This document shows positions 1 to 12,955 of a stretch of DNA of 64,000 nt, piece after piece. Position numbers and translations under genes: made by a program. The notes under the pieces were generated by a model that saw only the letters and a program-made list of their open reading frames with translations, made no database searches and had not been told where the DNA came from. The stretch comes from Squalus acanthias (Eukaryota). The stretch covers positions 140,866,001-140,930,000 of the forward strand of contig CM059432.1 in assembly GCA_030390025.1 (NCBI GenBank), given 5' to 3'. Numbering within the stretch: position 1 is the first letter of the stretch; every line of letters starts with the position of its first letter.

Positions 1-1918
1 AATTAATGGTGGGAAATATGGAGATGGCAAAAACACTGAATGAATATTTTGTATCAGTCTTTACAGTAGAGGACACTAAGAATATCCCAACACTGGACAA
101 ACAGGGGGCTATAGGGGGAGAGGAGCTAAACACGATCAAAATCACTAAGGAAGTGGTACTCGGTAAAATAATGGGACTCAAGGCGGATAAATCACCTGGA
201 CCTGATGGCTTACATCCTAGAGTCTTGAAGGAAGTGGCGGTAGGGATTGTAGATGCATTGGTAATATTTTTTCAAAACTCCCTGGATTCCGCTAAGGTCC
301 CGGCAGACTGGAAAACTGCTAATGTAACACCCTTATTTAAAAAGGGCAGTAGACAGAAGGCTGGTAACTATAGACCGGTTAGCCTAACATCTGTGGTAGG
401 TAAAATTTTGGAGTCCATTATTAAGGAAACAGTAACAAGACATTTGGATAATCATAATTTAATAGGACAAAGTCAGCATGGTTTTACGAAGGGGAAGTCA
501 TGTTTGACAAATTTGCTGGAGTTCTTTGAGGAAGTAACATATAGAGTGGATAAAGGGGAACCAGTGGACGTAGTGTATTTAGACTTCCAAAAGGCATTTG
601 ACAAGGTGCCACACAAAAGATTATTGCTTAAGGTAAAAAATCACGGGATTGGGGGTAATATTCTGGCATGGATAGAGGATTGGCTATCTAACAGAAAGCA
701 AAGAGTTGGGATAAATGGTTCATTCTCAGACTGGCAATCAGTAACTAGTGGTGTTCCACAGGGGTCAGTGCTGGGTCCCCAACTCTTCACAATCTATATT
801 AACGATTTGGAGGAAGGGACCAAGTGTAACATATCAAAATTTGCAGATGATACAAAGATGGGAGGGAAAGTAGTGAGTGAGGAGGACATAAAAAACCTGC
901 AAGGGGACATAGACAGGCTAAGTAAGTGGGCAGAGATTTGGCAGATGGAATACAGCACTGGAAAGTGTGAGGTGATGCACTTTGGCAGGAAAAATCCTAG
1001 AGCAATTTATTATCTTAATGGCAAGAAACTGGAGAGTACTGAAGTGCAAAGGGATCTGGGGGTCCTGGTGCACGAAACTCAAAAGGTTAGTATGCAGGTG
1101 CAGCAAGTGATTAAGAAGGCAAATGGAATGTTGGCTTTCATTGCTAGGGGGATAGAATATAAAAATAGGGAGGTATTGCTTCAGTTGTACAAGGTATTGG
1201 TGAGACCGCACCTGGAATACTGCATACAGTTTTGGTGTCCTTACTTAAGGAAAGACATCCTTGCTCTCGAGGCAGTGCAAAAAAGGTTCACTCGGTTAAT
1301 CCCGGAGATGAGGGGGTGGTCATATGAGGAGAGGTTGGGTAGATTGGGACTCTACTCATTGGAGTTCAGAAGAATGAGAGGCGATCTTATTGAAACATAT
1401 AAGATTGTGAAGGGGTTGGATCGGGTGGATGCGGGGAGGATGTTCCCGATGACGGGTGAGACGAGAACTAGGGGACATAGTCTTAGAATAAGGGGCTGCT
1501 CTTTCAAAACTGAGATGAGGAGGAACTACTTCACTCAGAGGGTGGTAGGTCCATGGAATATGCTGCCACAAAAAGCTGTAGAAGCTACAACATTAATTAA
1601 ATTTAAAACAGAAATAGACAGTTTCCTAGAAGTAAAGGGCATTAAGGGTTACGGGGAGCGGGCAGGAATTTGGACATGAGTCTAGGTTTGGATCGGTCAT
1701 GGCCCTGTGGGTAGTGGAGCGGGCCCAGGGACTGTGTAGCCTGATTCTGCTCCTATTTCGTGTGTGCAATTCTGTTAGATGCAGGAGATGTTTCTGTGAT
1801 AGATAGTAGATTGGCGGTTAGGATCAGATCAGCCATGATCTTATTGAATGGCGGAGCAGGCTCGATGGGCCGATTGGCCTACTCCTGCTCCTATTTCTTA
1901 TGTTCTTATGTTCTTATC
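1..1918 (+). mobile_element. CR1 LINE, 3' half of ORF2 (reverse transcriptase) plus 3' UTR
   Basis: Uninterrupted ORF 6-1679 with KSPGPDG, NYRPVSLTS, YLDFQKAFDKV, GVPQGSVLGP, FADD and the CR1 C-terminus (LEYCIQFW, RTRGH); ends in a (TTATGTTC)n tail. Confidence 0.95.
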
Positions 1919-2055
1919 TACCCTATCAAATCCTTTAATTATCTTAAATACCTCAGTTAGATCACCCCTTAATCTTTTATACTCGAGGGAATACAAAGCC
2001 TCGTCTATGCAAATTGTTCTCATAATTTAACCCTTTTAGCCCAGGTAACATTCTA
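1915..2055 (-). mobile_element. CR1 LINE 3' fragment
   Basis: Matches the minus-strand CR1 fragment around 25190-25325 (GLYSLE region). Confidence 0.7.
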
Positions 2056-2408
2056 AGTGTGCTAGCTGGCTGCAGGGTTTAGTCTTGCTTGGATCCTAGT
2101 GTACCTGGACCTTCTTGTGATGTGCACTGCAGACTTCGGGTCTGATGCTGTGCTGGTCCCCTGGGCTTGCCTGCTTTACGGCAACTCTCCTGTCACTTGT
2201 GCTAAACTGTCGATGGCCCAGATATGGTATCAGCTCAAGTGACGGTGGAGTGATCCACGAGTACTACAGGCTGCTGGGCGTTCCCTCAACCTGTCCTCTG
2301 ATCTATGCAATAGTCGAACTTTGGACAGCTTTTGAGGTCTGTAAATTCCTGCCTCAGGGATTGTCTCTCTCAACATGGTAAGACCAGTCAAGAGAGCGTC
2401 ATTCAGAT

Positions 2409-2925
2409 TAGATGGAATACTCTCCACTTGCTTGGATGAGTGCAGCTCCAACAACACTCAAGAAGCTCGACACCATTCAGGACAAAGCAGCCCGTTTGAT
2501 TGGCACCCCATCCATCACCTTAAACATCCACTCCCTCCACCACCGGCGTACCGTGGCTGCAGTGTGTACCATCGACAAGATGCACTGCAGCAACTCGCCA
2601 AGGCTTCTTCGGCAGCACCTCCCAAACCCACGACCTCTACCACCTAGAAGGAGAAGGGCAGCAGGTGCATGGCAATACCACCACCTCCAAGTTCCCCTCC
2701 AAGTCACACACCATCCTGACTTGGATGTATATCGCCGATCCTTCATCGTCGCTGGGTCAAAATCCTGGAACTCCCTCCCTAACAGCACTGTGGGAGCACC
2801 TTCACCACACGGACTGCAGCGATTCAAGTAGAAGGCTCACCACCACCTTCTCAAGGGCAACTAGGGATGGGCAATAAATGCTGGCCCTGCCAGCGATGCT
2901 CACAACCCAAGAATGAATAAAAAAA
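2409..2925 (+). mobile_element. Zenon-like (CR1 group) LINE 3' end
   Basis: ORF 2412-2831 MEYSPLAWMSAAPTTLKKLDTIQDKAARLIG...LHHRRTVAA is a non-LTR ORF2 C-terminus; ends GAATGAATAAAAAAA; second copy at 52465-52895. Subclade name from recall. Confidence 0.75.
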
Positions 2926-3135
2926 TCAGAGTCCTATGTCCGTGTAGCAGCAGTGCCAACACTAAGAGCTCTGCTGGTGCCACAGAAGATGCCACGCACA
3001 CCATGGCAAACGGCAATGCAGACCATGGTCCATCCCTGACTGCACAGATTCAGGTAGTGAACTCCACCGCCTGCCTCAGACACTGTGCTCTGTAAGGTAC
3101 TGGCTCACTCAGAGACACTAATGAGTAGAATCATG

Positions 3136-4489
3136 GGGGGAGAAATTCATTATAGCCCAGGAATGGGCGCTAACTTTAAAAAGTTTGAGATTTAGCGCCA
3201 GGCGCTAATGATTCAGACTGCACGCAAAATTCAGTCTCATTGCTGAAAGAAAGGATTGGAGCGCTAAATCAAGCGCTAATGGCCGAGCTCAGTGGCGTTA
3301 AACTCAAAGCGCTGACCAATATCGGGTGCAGTCTAATCTCAAGTCATCATTGCCACAAGCTTTTCCCAGTACTTAAAGGGGAGGTTCATTGATACTGCAG
3401 CACCTCATTCTCAGCAATGCTGGCTGTGCAGCTGCCTCAGCAAGGAGAAGCACAACAAGGAGAAGGAGCCGGAGGACTGAAGCAGGTGTGCTCATGGCAG
3501 ATCCACCTCAGTCGGGTGGTCAGGGTGATTGAATGCTTCACCAAATTCTACATACCAGCATCTGTACCACAGGCTTCACACACTGCCCAGACCCCCAGCG
3601 TTCACCCACCAACAATCTCTACCTAACAACACTCACACCCACATCTCACGCCTTGCACACAATGACAGCTATTCAACTATGGCAGGTGCAAGGGTCATTA
3701 GTTGTTGGAATGATTGTGATATGTTTATGCATAAATTTATTCATGGAGTTTGCAATATTTTGTGGTCTCTCTCATTTCACCTTTGCGCCCAGGAGGACGT
3801 TGTGATATGGCATGACAGAGGGATGGTATGATGGGCATGTGGTGAGCAAAAGGGATCTGGGGTTTAAGTCATCCTGGTGTGAGGCTGGAGGTCTGTTTGG
3901 AGGAGGTGGCAGAGTTCCACCTTGGTGATGCGGAGCCCTCTAATATACTGCTCCTCGCTTAATTGAAGGTAGGAGAAGTGCTGTCGGAATACCCTCGGAG
4001 GGTAAGGTCTCCTGTTGAGAGCCCTGATGGTCCTGCTCCTCCCTCTGGTCACATGTTTCAGTCTTTCTCGCTGCCTCCGCTCCCTCCGCAGTAGATCCTG
4101 GAGGGTGAGGTCGACTGCCAGTACAGCCCCCATTAATGTAACCAAGTGTAGCACTTTGATATGTTGTCAGAATAAATGTAATAATTTTCAGTAGCCACAA
4201 CACTCCTGATACTAAAGAACCTTTAAATGACTGAATTAAACTGTTGCACAATCTCAAACTGACAAGGAAGCAGTGAAACTGCACTAACCTGACAGCAGCG
4301 ACTCATTACTCATGATCCCTTTAAGTAGGGCCCCTGGAGCCGGCATCAGCCTGCTTGACGCCTCCTTTCCCTGCCGCTGTGGGGGCGAGGCGCTAAGGCA
4401 GGGGGCAAAAATTAATTTGGCAGATTGGGCACCCAGTGAACATTGCACGCTCACTGATGTCACGATCTGCCTGGCATTGAAGTCCCCGG
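3136..4489 (-). mobile_element. Non-autonomous PIF/Harbinger element, copy A (right end lost at a CR1 junction)
   Basis: Left TIR GGGGGAGAAATTCA; minus-strand remnant RRPYPPRVFRQHFSYLQLSEEQ..LRITK..LCHLLQ resembles a HARBI1-like transposase N-terminus; colinear with 13220-17244. Confidence 0.8.
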
Positions 4490-5619
4490 GTTTCAGAGCT
4501 TGAGCGGCAGCTGGAGTCACTACAGTGCATCCGCGAGGCTAAGAAATACTTGGAAAGCATGTTTCTAGAAGTGGTCACCCCGCAGCCTCAGAATGTGCAT
4601 GCAGAGAGGGAATGGGTGACCACCAGGCAGAGAAGGAGGACCAGGCAGGTAGGGCAGGAATTCCCAGAGTGCATCTCGCTCGCTAACAGGTTCACAGTTC
4701 TGGAAACTGGTGGGGGTGATGGCTCCTCTGGAGGAGCAGCCAGAGCCAAGGACACGGCACCACAGGTGGCTCAGCTGCACAGGGTGGGAGGAAGAAGAGT
4801 GGAAGAGCAATAGTGATAGGGGATTCATTGGTTAGGAGAACAGATAGGCATTTCTGTGGACGCAGACGTGACTCCAGGATGGTATATTGCCTCCGTGGTG
4901 CCAGGGTCAAGGATGTCATTGAGCAGCTGCAGGACACTCTGAGGGGGGAGGGTGAACAGCCAGAGGTCGTTGTCCTTATCGATACCAACGACATAGGTAG
5001 AAAGAGGGATGAGGTCCTGCAGGCAGACTATAGGGAGCTAGGAAAGAGATTAAAAAGCAGGACCTCAAAGGTAGTAATCTCCGGATTACTCCCGGTGCCA
5101 CGTGCTAGTGAGTACAGAAATAGGAGGATAGAACAGATGAATGCGTGGCTGGAGAGATGGTGCAGGAGGGAGGGCTTTAGATTCCTGAGGCATTGGGACC
5201 ATTTCTGGGGAAGGTGGGACCTGTACAAGCCGGACGGGTTACACCTCAACAGAGCTGGGCCCAGTATTCTCACAGGGAGGTTTGCTAGTGCTGTTGGGGA
5301 GGGTTAAAACTAGCTTGGCAGGGGGATGGACACCAGCATGTAGGAGTGGAGGGGAGGAATGGGGTGCATAAAAGAGTGAGTGTGTTGGATGGTACTGGAG
5401 GGGAAGGTAGTGCTGGAGGTGGTAGTAGTACCATATTAGGTAGGAGCAGACTAAGAAAGATGACGAAAAATTCAAAAATGGGTTTAGAATGCATGTACGC
5501 AAATGCACAAAGTGTGGTGAATAAGGTTGGTGAGCTACAAGCACAATTAGCCGTGTGGCAATATGATGTTGTGGCAATAATGGAAACGTGGCTTAAAAAC
5601 AGTGAGGACTGGACACTTA

Positions 5620-6438
5620 GGGCTGGATTTTCGATGACCCATGGAGTCGGGTTTGGAGGCGTGTGGGGGGTTAAAGTTGCGGGGTCAGGGGTCCCGACCC
5701 CATCCCGACTCCAACACGCCTCCACGCAATTTTGACAAAATCGGTCGTGGGGTTCCCGACTCTGTCCCGCCTCCAAGAGGCGGGAGAGGCCATTAAAGCC
5801 CTTAACAAGCCCTAAATTGGCTCTGTAATGCCATTTTGAAATGTTTTAGCTAGTTTAACCCTTTTCCGACGTGAAGTACGCCTGATGGGAAACACTCCAG
5901 TGAAACCTGGCGGGAGCACAAGTGGATAGCTGACTATCAGCTGCAGGTCCACTATTACAACGGAGATGTGATGAAGGTAGTAGTAGTATTAGGTCTGAAA
6001 GTCGCCTCTGATGCTGCTGCATTGAATGTCTTCAGAGACTGCCTGGCCTTGCTGTGAGAGGACCTGGATGGAAAAAAATTCTCTCTCTGTCTCTCTCTCT
6101 CTCTCAGCTCTCTCTCAGCTCTCTCTCTCTCTCTCTCTCTCTCAGCTGCTCATTTTGCATCCAGGTCCACTCACAGCAAAAGTCAGGCAGGTCCACTCAC
6201 AGCAAAGGCCAAGCAGTTTCTGAGACCAGGCCATCAGTCTCTGACCTGCAATGATGACATCATCAGAGGCGACTTTCAGACTGAAACCACTAATTGGTTC
6301 ATCGGTTCCCACATGCTGGAACTCAATTGCCCAATTAAGTTAAAATTGCATCATTCATCCACATTACTCTGGAGTCAGGGGGGAACACGAAATGCGGGTA
6401 ACACGACCCCAACCCGACCCCAAGACAAAATCCAGCCC
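5620..6438. mobile_element. PIF/Harbinger (Tourist-like) MITE
   Basis: Perfect 12-bp TIR GGGCTGGATTTT / AAAATCCAGCCC; TTA TSD at 5617-5619 and 6439-6441; removal restores the CR1 frame EDWTLNVQGCKVFRKDR. Confidence 0.93.
6080..6143. repeat. Interrupted (CT)n microsatellite
   Basis: Directly visible CT runs. Confidence 0.9.
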
Positions 6439-9169
6439 TTAATGTTCAAGGGTGCAAGGTGTTCAGAAAAGATAGGGAAGGAAAAAAGGGAGGTGGGGTG
6501 GCAGTGCTGATTAAGGAAGACATTGTAGTGTTGGAAAAGGAGGATGTTTTTGAGGGGAAAGGACAGAATCCATTTGGTTAGAGTTGAGGAGCAAAAAGGA
6601 TATGATCATGCTATTGGGGGTATTCTATAGGCCTCCAAATAGTGAGAGAGAGGTAGAGGAGCAAATCTGCAGGGAAATTCCAAAGATATGCAAGAGCTAT
6701 AGAGTGGTGATATTGGGGGACTTTAATTACCCAAATATCAATTGGGATAATGCTTGGGTAAAGGGAAAGGAGGGGGAGGAATTTCTGAAATGTGTTCAGG
6801 AGAATTTCCTTGACCAATATGTTCTTGGCCCAACTAGGAAGGAGGCATTGCTGGATCTGGTGCTGGGGAATGAGGTGGGCCAGGTCGACCAAGTGTCTGT
6901 GGGAGAACACTTGGCTACGAGTGATTATTATATCATAAGATTTGGATTAGCAATGGAGAGGAGCAAGGAACAATCTAGAGTGGAACTTCTAAACTGGAAT
7001 AGGGTTAACTTCAATGGGATGCGAAAGGATCTAACCAGGGTAAAATGGAACCAAAGACGGACAGGAAAAACTGTAACGGAACAATGGATCTTTAAGGAGG
7101 AGATGTTCCAAGTACAGGCTAGGTACATTCCAACAAGAGGGAAGGGTAAGGGAACCAAAGCAAGGGCTCCTTGGATGACGAGGGAGATAGAGAAGATGAT
7201 GAAACAAAAAAATAGGGTGTATGATGAATGTCAGGTGAATTCTTCAAGGGAGAACCAGACCAAATACAATAAGTTGAGAGGGGAAGTGAAGATGAAAATA
7301 AGATTGGCAAAGAGAAAATATGAGAGTAGAATGGCGGTTAACATAAAAGGGAACCCAAAAATCTTCTACCGGCATGTAAACAGTAAGCGGGTAGTAAGAG
7401 GCGGGGTGGGGCCTATTCGGGACAAAGAAGGTGATATATGCTTAGAGGTGCAGGGCAAGGCTAGAATACTCAATGAGTACTTTGTATCGGTGTTTACTAA
7501 GGAGGTGGATGCTGACAAAATATCGGTAGAAGAGGAAAAGTTAGAAGCAATGGAAGGGGTGAAAATTGATAGACAGGATGTACTAGAAAGGCTGGGTATG
7601 CTTAGAGTGGATAAGTCGTCTGGTCCGGATGGCTTGCATCCCAGGTTGCTAAAGGAATTCCGGGAGGAAATAGCAGAAGGGCTTGCCATAATTTTCCAAT
7701 CTTCCCTAGATGCGGGGGAGGTGCCTGAGGATTGGAAAATGGCAAATGTGACACCATTGTTCAAGAAAGGGTGTAAGGACAATCCTAGTAAATACAGGCC
7801 AGTCAGTTTAACATCAGTGGTGGGTAAAGTTTTAGAAATAATAATCAAGGAAAAAATTGATGGGCACTTGGAGAGGTTTAAGCTAGTTAAGGAGAGCTAA
7901 CATGGATTTGTTGAAGGCAGATCGTGTTTGACTAATCTAATTTAATTTTTTGATGAAGTAACAGAGAGGATTGATGAAGGGAATACATGGATTTTAGAAA
8001 GGCGTTTGACAAAGTACCACATAGAAGGCTGGTTAACAAAATTGAGGTTCATGGAATAGGTGGGTCAGTGGCAGCTTGGATAAGGAATTGGCTTAAGGAC
8101 AGAAAACAGCGAGTTGTGGTAAATTGCTGTTTTTCAGACTGGAGGATGGTAGACAGTGGTGTTCCCCAAGGGTCAGTGCTGGGGCCATTGCTTTTTTTGA
8201 TATATACAAATGACCTGGATATTGGAATACAGAGTAGAATTTCTAAATTTGCCGATGACACCAAACTTGGGGGTGTGGCAAACAATGAGGATGATACCAA
8301 TCGACTGCAACAGGACATAGAAAGGCTAGCAGAATGGGTAGACAAGTGGCAGATGGAATTTAATACAGAGAAGTGTGAGGTAATGCATTTTGGCAGAAGG
8401 AACTGGGAGAGGCAATATACACTTAATGGCACAGTTTTAAAGAGTGTGCAGGGGCAGAGGGACCTGGGAGTTAATGTGCATAGGTCCCTGAAGGTGGCAG
8501 GACATATTGAGAGAATGGTTAGCAAAGCATATGGGATCTTGGGCTTCATAAATAGAGGTATTAAGTACAAAAGTAGAGAAGTTATGCTGAACCTTTATAA
8601 AGCGCTGGTTAGGCCACAACTGGAGTATTGCATCCAGTTCTGGTCACCACACTTTAGGAAGGATGTGAAGGCACTTGAGAGGGTGCAGAGGAGATTTACC
8701 AGAATGGTTCCGGGGATGGGGGATCTTAGCTACAAGGACAGGTTGGAGAAGCTGGATTTGTTTTCATTAAAGCAAAGGAGGTTGAGGGGTGATTTGATAG
8801 AGGTGTACAAGATTATGACGGGTTTGGATAGGCTAGATGGGGAAAGGCTGTTCCCACTCGTTGATGGTACAAGGACTAGGGGACACAGATTTAAGGTTTT
8901 GGGCAAGAGATACAGGGGTGACGTGAGGAAAAACTTTTTTACTCAGCGAGTGGTGAGGACCTGGAACTCGCTGCCGACGGAAGTGGTGGAAGCGGAGACA
9001 CTCAATGTTTTCAAGGGGAGACTGGATAGGCACTTGAGGGAAATAAACTTGCAGGGCTACGGGGATAGTGCGGGGGAATGGGACTGACTGGATTGCTCTA
9101 CAGAGAGCCGGCACGGACTCGATGGGCCGATTGGCCTCCTTCTGTGCCATTATGACTCTCTGACTGTAT

Positions 9170-9520
9170 GACCCTGCAATTTTTTTTCCTTTTCAAGTTT
9201 TTATCCAATTCCCTTTTGAAAGTTACTATTGAATATGCTTCCATCATCCATTCAGGCAGTGCATTCCAGGTCATAACTCAGTGCATAAAAATATTATCCC
9301 TCATCTCCTCACTGTTTTTTTTTGCTAATTGCCTTAAATCTGTGTCCTCTGGTTACCGACCCTCCTGCCAGTGGAAACAATCTCTCCTTATTTACTCTAT
9401 CAAAGCCCTTCATGATTTTGAACACCTCTATTAAATCTTCCCATAAACTTCTCTGCTCTAAGGAGAACAACCCCAGTTTCTCTAGTCTCGTCATGTGACT
9501 GAAGTCCCTCATCCCTGGTA
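9170..9520 (-). mobile_element. CR1 LINE 3' fragment
   Basis: Minus-strand RLEKLGLFSLEQR...VTRGHRFK. Confidence 0.85.
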
Positions 9521-9944
9521 TGAGTAGAATTTTGAGTCTCAGGCGGTTGACTAGCGGAGCGCGCCAGCTGGCCAGTCGTTCTGGCACCGAGAAGGCCACC
9601 GCCATTTTGAGACCCCAGGCCTCATTCCAATTGTAGCGGTGAGGTGCGGACACCATAACAAGCGTTCCTCAGGCCCTGGAATCCCTGGACAACTAGGACC
9701 CCCCGATGGCAGCTACAGGAGGGTCCATGGGGTTGAGGGGGAGGGGTACAGACGGAGCTGAGGCCGAGGAGGGGGGCGAGCTCAGGACCCTTCGACTCCC
9801 GCCAGCTCTGCGAAACTATGTACAAGGCTCACTCGTGGGATCGTCTGCGGCTGCAGCGCCAGCTGATACCGGATGGAAAGCGCGCACGGTACCCGATTCG
9901 CCCAGCGTTCCCCTAAAATGGCAATTGGGGTTCTATGCAATCAA

Positions 9945-10405
9945 AAGAAAGAAAGGCTTGCACTTATAAGGTGCCTTTCATGACCTCAGGACATCCCAAA
10001 GTGCATTACAGCCAATGAATTACTATTTGAAGCTGTTGTAATGTAAGAAACGCGGCAGCCAATTTGCGCACAGCAAGCTCCCACAAACAGCAATGTCATA
10101 ATAACCAGATAATCAGTTTTAGTGATCTTGGATGAGGGATAAATATTGGCCAGGATACCGAGGAGAACTCCCCCTGCTCTTCTTCGAAATAGTGCTATGG
10201 GATCTTTTACACCCACCTGAGAGAGCAGACAGGACCTCGGTTTAACGTCTCATCCGAAAGACGGCACCTCTGACAGTGCAGCGTTCCCTCCGTACTGCAC
10301 CGGGACTGTCAGCCTGGATTATGTGCTTAAGTCTCTGGAGTGGGACTTGAACCGACAACCTTTTGACTCAGGAGGCGTCAGAGAGTGCTACCCACTGAAT
10401 CACAG
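9945..10405 (-). mobile_element. tRNA-derived DeuSINE (SacSINE1/AmnSINE1-like)
   Basis: tRNA-like head (B-box GGTTCAAGTCC on the minus strand), conserved core TGCACTGTCAGAGGTGCCGTCTTTCGGATGAGACGTTAAACCGAGG, L2-like tail; many copies in the window. Confidence 0.85.
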
Positions 10406-10927
10406 CTAAACAATGCATTCAACGTGTGCACTAACCCCTCAATGCCTGACTGCCGAGGAGTTTAAAATGAGTGTCAACTACTTTGAAACCAGTGCAATAG
10501 GAGCACCAAAGAAGTGCTAAACTGGGCTGTGGGAGGCCAGAATTATCCAAAACACTACTATTCAGGAAGAAGGTTGTGTAGAGCCACCACTAGAACTGTA
10601 ATAAAACAATTTTGATTGGACCTTATGGACATTTCCAGCCCTGAGGTGCTCATTACCCCTACCCTTGCTTCGCTAGAGGAGTAATACGGGTAATAACCGA
10701 AATTATTACAGTAGGGGTGGATTAAAGCTCTTTCATGCACTTGTCACTTTTGAGTTATGTGAATTGCACTTTTATCTTATGGGATTGCCTTCTGGGCACA
10801 GCAGACTGCTGACACCCTCTGCACAAAACCCTTCTCTTGCAGAATACTGAAACCACCCGAATTGGATATGTGTTCAAAACTAGTGAATGATTCCCTAATA
10901 TATTCCCATCTGTAGAGTGCTAGAATC

Positions 10928-11425
10928 TTCAGCTGCCTAGGCCCTAAGCTCTGGAATTCCCTCCCATAACCTTTCCGCCTCTCCACCTCTCTCTCCTCCT
11001 TTAAGACGCTCCTTAAAACCTACCTCTTTGACCAAGCTTTTGGTCATCAGTCCTAATGTCTCCCTATGTGGCTCGGTGTCACATTTTGTTTGATAATCGC
11101 TCCTGTGAATGGGCGCCGATGGTGGAGCGATGAAAATCGGGGGATGCGCAAGAGGCCAGAATTGGAGGAGCGTAGAGATCCCGGAGGGTTGTGGGGCTGG
11201 AGGAGGTTACAGAGATAGGGAGGGGTGAGGCCATGGTGTAATTTGAAAACAAGGATGAGAATTTTAAAATTGTGGTATTGCCGGACCAGGAGCCAGTGTA
11301 GGTCAGCGAGCACAGGGGGTGATGGGTGAACGGGGCTTGGTGCAAGTTAGGATACGGGCAGCAGAGTTTTGGATGAGCTGAAGTTTATGGAGGGCAGAAT
11401 GTGGGAGGCCGGCCAGGAGAGCATC
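10928..11425. mobile_element. L2-type LINE 3' fragments in inverted arrangement
   Basis: Minus part encodes LADLHWLLVRQ..FKIL..LRSSNSGLL; plus part is the adjacent downstream segment. Confidence 0.8.
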
Positions 11426-11515
11426 AGTGTTACTAAGTATAATTACAGGGATGCCTAAAAAACTTCAACTGAGACTATATGATGAGAATAAACAATTTGT
11501 CTTCTGAGAAAAAAT

Positions 11516-12048
11516 TACATAGAAACATAGAAGATAGGAGCAGGAGTAGGCCATTCGGCCCCTCGAGCCTGCTCCGCCATTCGATGAGATCATGGCTGAT
11601 CATCCAAACTCAGTACCCTGTACCTGCCTTCTCCCCATGTCCCTTGATACCTTTAGCTTTAAGAAATATATCTAACTCATTCTTGAATATATTTAATGAC
11701 TTGGCCTCAACTACCTTCTGTGGTAGAGAATTCCACAGGTTCACCACTCTCTGGGTAAAGAAATTCTTCCTCATTTCTGTCCTAAATGGCTTACCCCTTA
11801 TCCTTAGATTATGACCCCTGGTTCTGGACTCTCCGACCATCGGGAACATTCTTCCTGCATCTAGTTTGTCCAGACCTGTCAGAATTTTATATGTTTCGAT
11901 GAGATCCCCTCTCATTCTTCTATACTCCAGCGAGTATAAGCCCAATCGACCCAATCTCTCCTCATATGTCATTCCTGCCATCCCAGGTATCAGCCTTGTG
12001 AATCTTCGCTGAACTCCTTCCATGGCAAGAACATCCTTCCTCAGATAA
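11516..12048 (-). mobile_element. CR1 LINE 3' end
   Basis: ORF 11610-12023 (EGVQRRFTRLIPG...RTRGH...WNSLP) plus 3' UTR. Confidence 0.93.
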
Positions 12049-12744
12049 CATTAAATTTAAAATTTTAAAATCAGATGATTTTCTAAATATCTAAATTGGG
12101 TCCTAAAGACACACTTCGGACCTTGATGCAATTCTGGTCTTCCAATAGGTCAGGTGTACAATCAGCGTGCTCCGCCCAATGGAATTGAGTGCTGGGTAGC
12201 TGAGCCTTAAAGGGACCATTGTACTAATGAATTTTGTGGAGCCAGGTGGAGCATGCTGCCAGCCCATCTACGTCTCCCCTCCCTGTCACCATTGCCTTTC
12301 CTCCTTTCCCCCACCGCCCCACCCCCCCCGCCCCCCCCCCCCCCCCCCCCCACAAAAATAAAATTTCCAGCTCAGTTCCACATCGGAGCTGCCAAAATTC
12401 CTATCCCGCCCACTGCTTGCTGGCAGAATTGGAAATGTGGCCCTTACCCCCCCACCCCCTCAAAATGGCTCGGGCTGCTTGGCAGGGACTTTGGGCATGA
12501 TCGTCGCTCCCACCCACCGCCCGAAGCCCCGCTCAATGTTAAAATCCACCCCTTGGATTCTGCTCCTCCCTGTTGAATGAGAACATGGCGAGAGTGGCAC
12601 ACCAGCTGATCCATGCTTCTGAGACCAACATTTTTTGGGGCACCATAAATGCCGTGATCAGCATTTTGATGACCCTCTGAGATCCGCTCCCCTGTTGCCA
12701 GGGGTGCAATGCCCATCTCAAATGCATGGACTAGCACAACTCTT

Positions 12745-12955
12745 CCTAAAGAAAGAACTTTCATTTCTACAGCACCTTTCACGACCTCAGGACGTCCCAA
12801 ACCTCTTTACAGCCAATGAAGTACTTTTGAAGTGTAGTCACTGTTGTAATGTAGGAAACACGGCAGCCAAATTGAGTACAGCAAGCTCCCAGAAACGGCA
12901 AATGACCAAATAGTCTGATTTGGTGAAGTTGGTTGAGTGAGAAATATTGGCCTGG
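12745..12955 (-). mobile_element. DeuSINE 3' half
   Basis: Matches 9945-10155. Confidence 0.8.

Larger units (their letters stand above)
4490..9170 (+). mobile_element. Near full-length decayed CR1 LINE (ORF1 esterase + ORF2 APE-RT), interrupted by a MITE
   Basis: ORF1 4813-5307 with SGNH/GDSL motifs (IGDSLV, TNDIG, DGLHLN); ORF2 from ~5460 (YANAQS, ETWL, GDFNYP, LDLVL, FADD) to 9087 with stops and frameshifts; TATGACTC-type tail. Confidence 0.95.

Noticed and set aside
3864..4154. Domesticated HARBI1 host gene
   Set aside because: Only an N-terminal remnant with no DDE core, present twice inside TIR-bounded repeats
4813..5307. Stand-alone SGNH esterase gene
   Set aside because: It is CR1 ORF1, directly upstream of APE-RT ORF2 and broken upstream
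9522..9933. Possible Harbinger MITE flanked by TAT
   Set aside because: Termini too poorly complementary to call; similar unresolved MITE-like ends near 12552, 48270 and 57395 were also left uncalled
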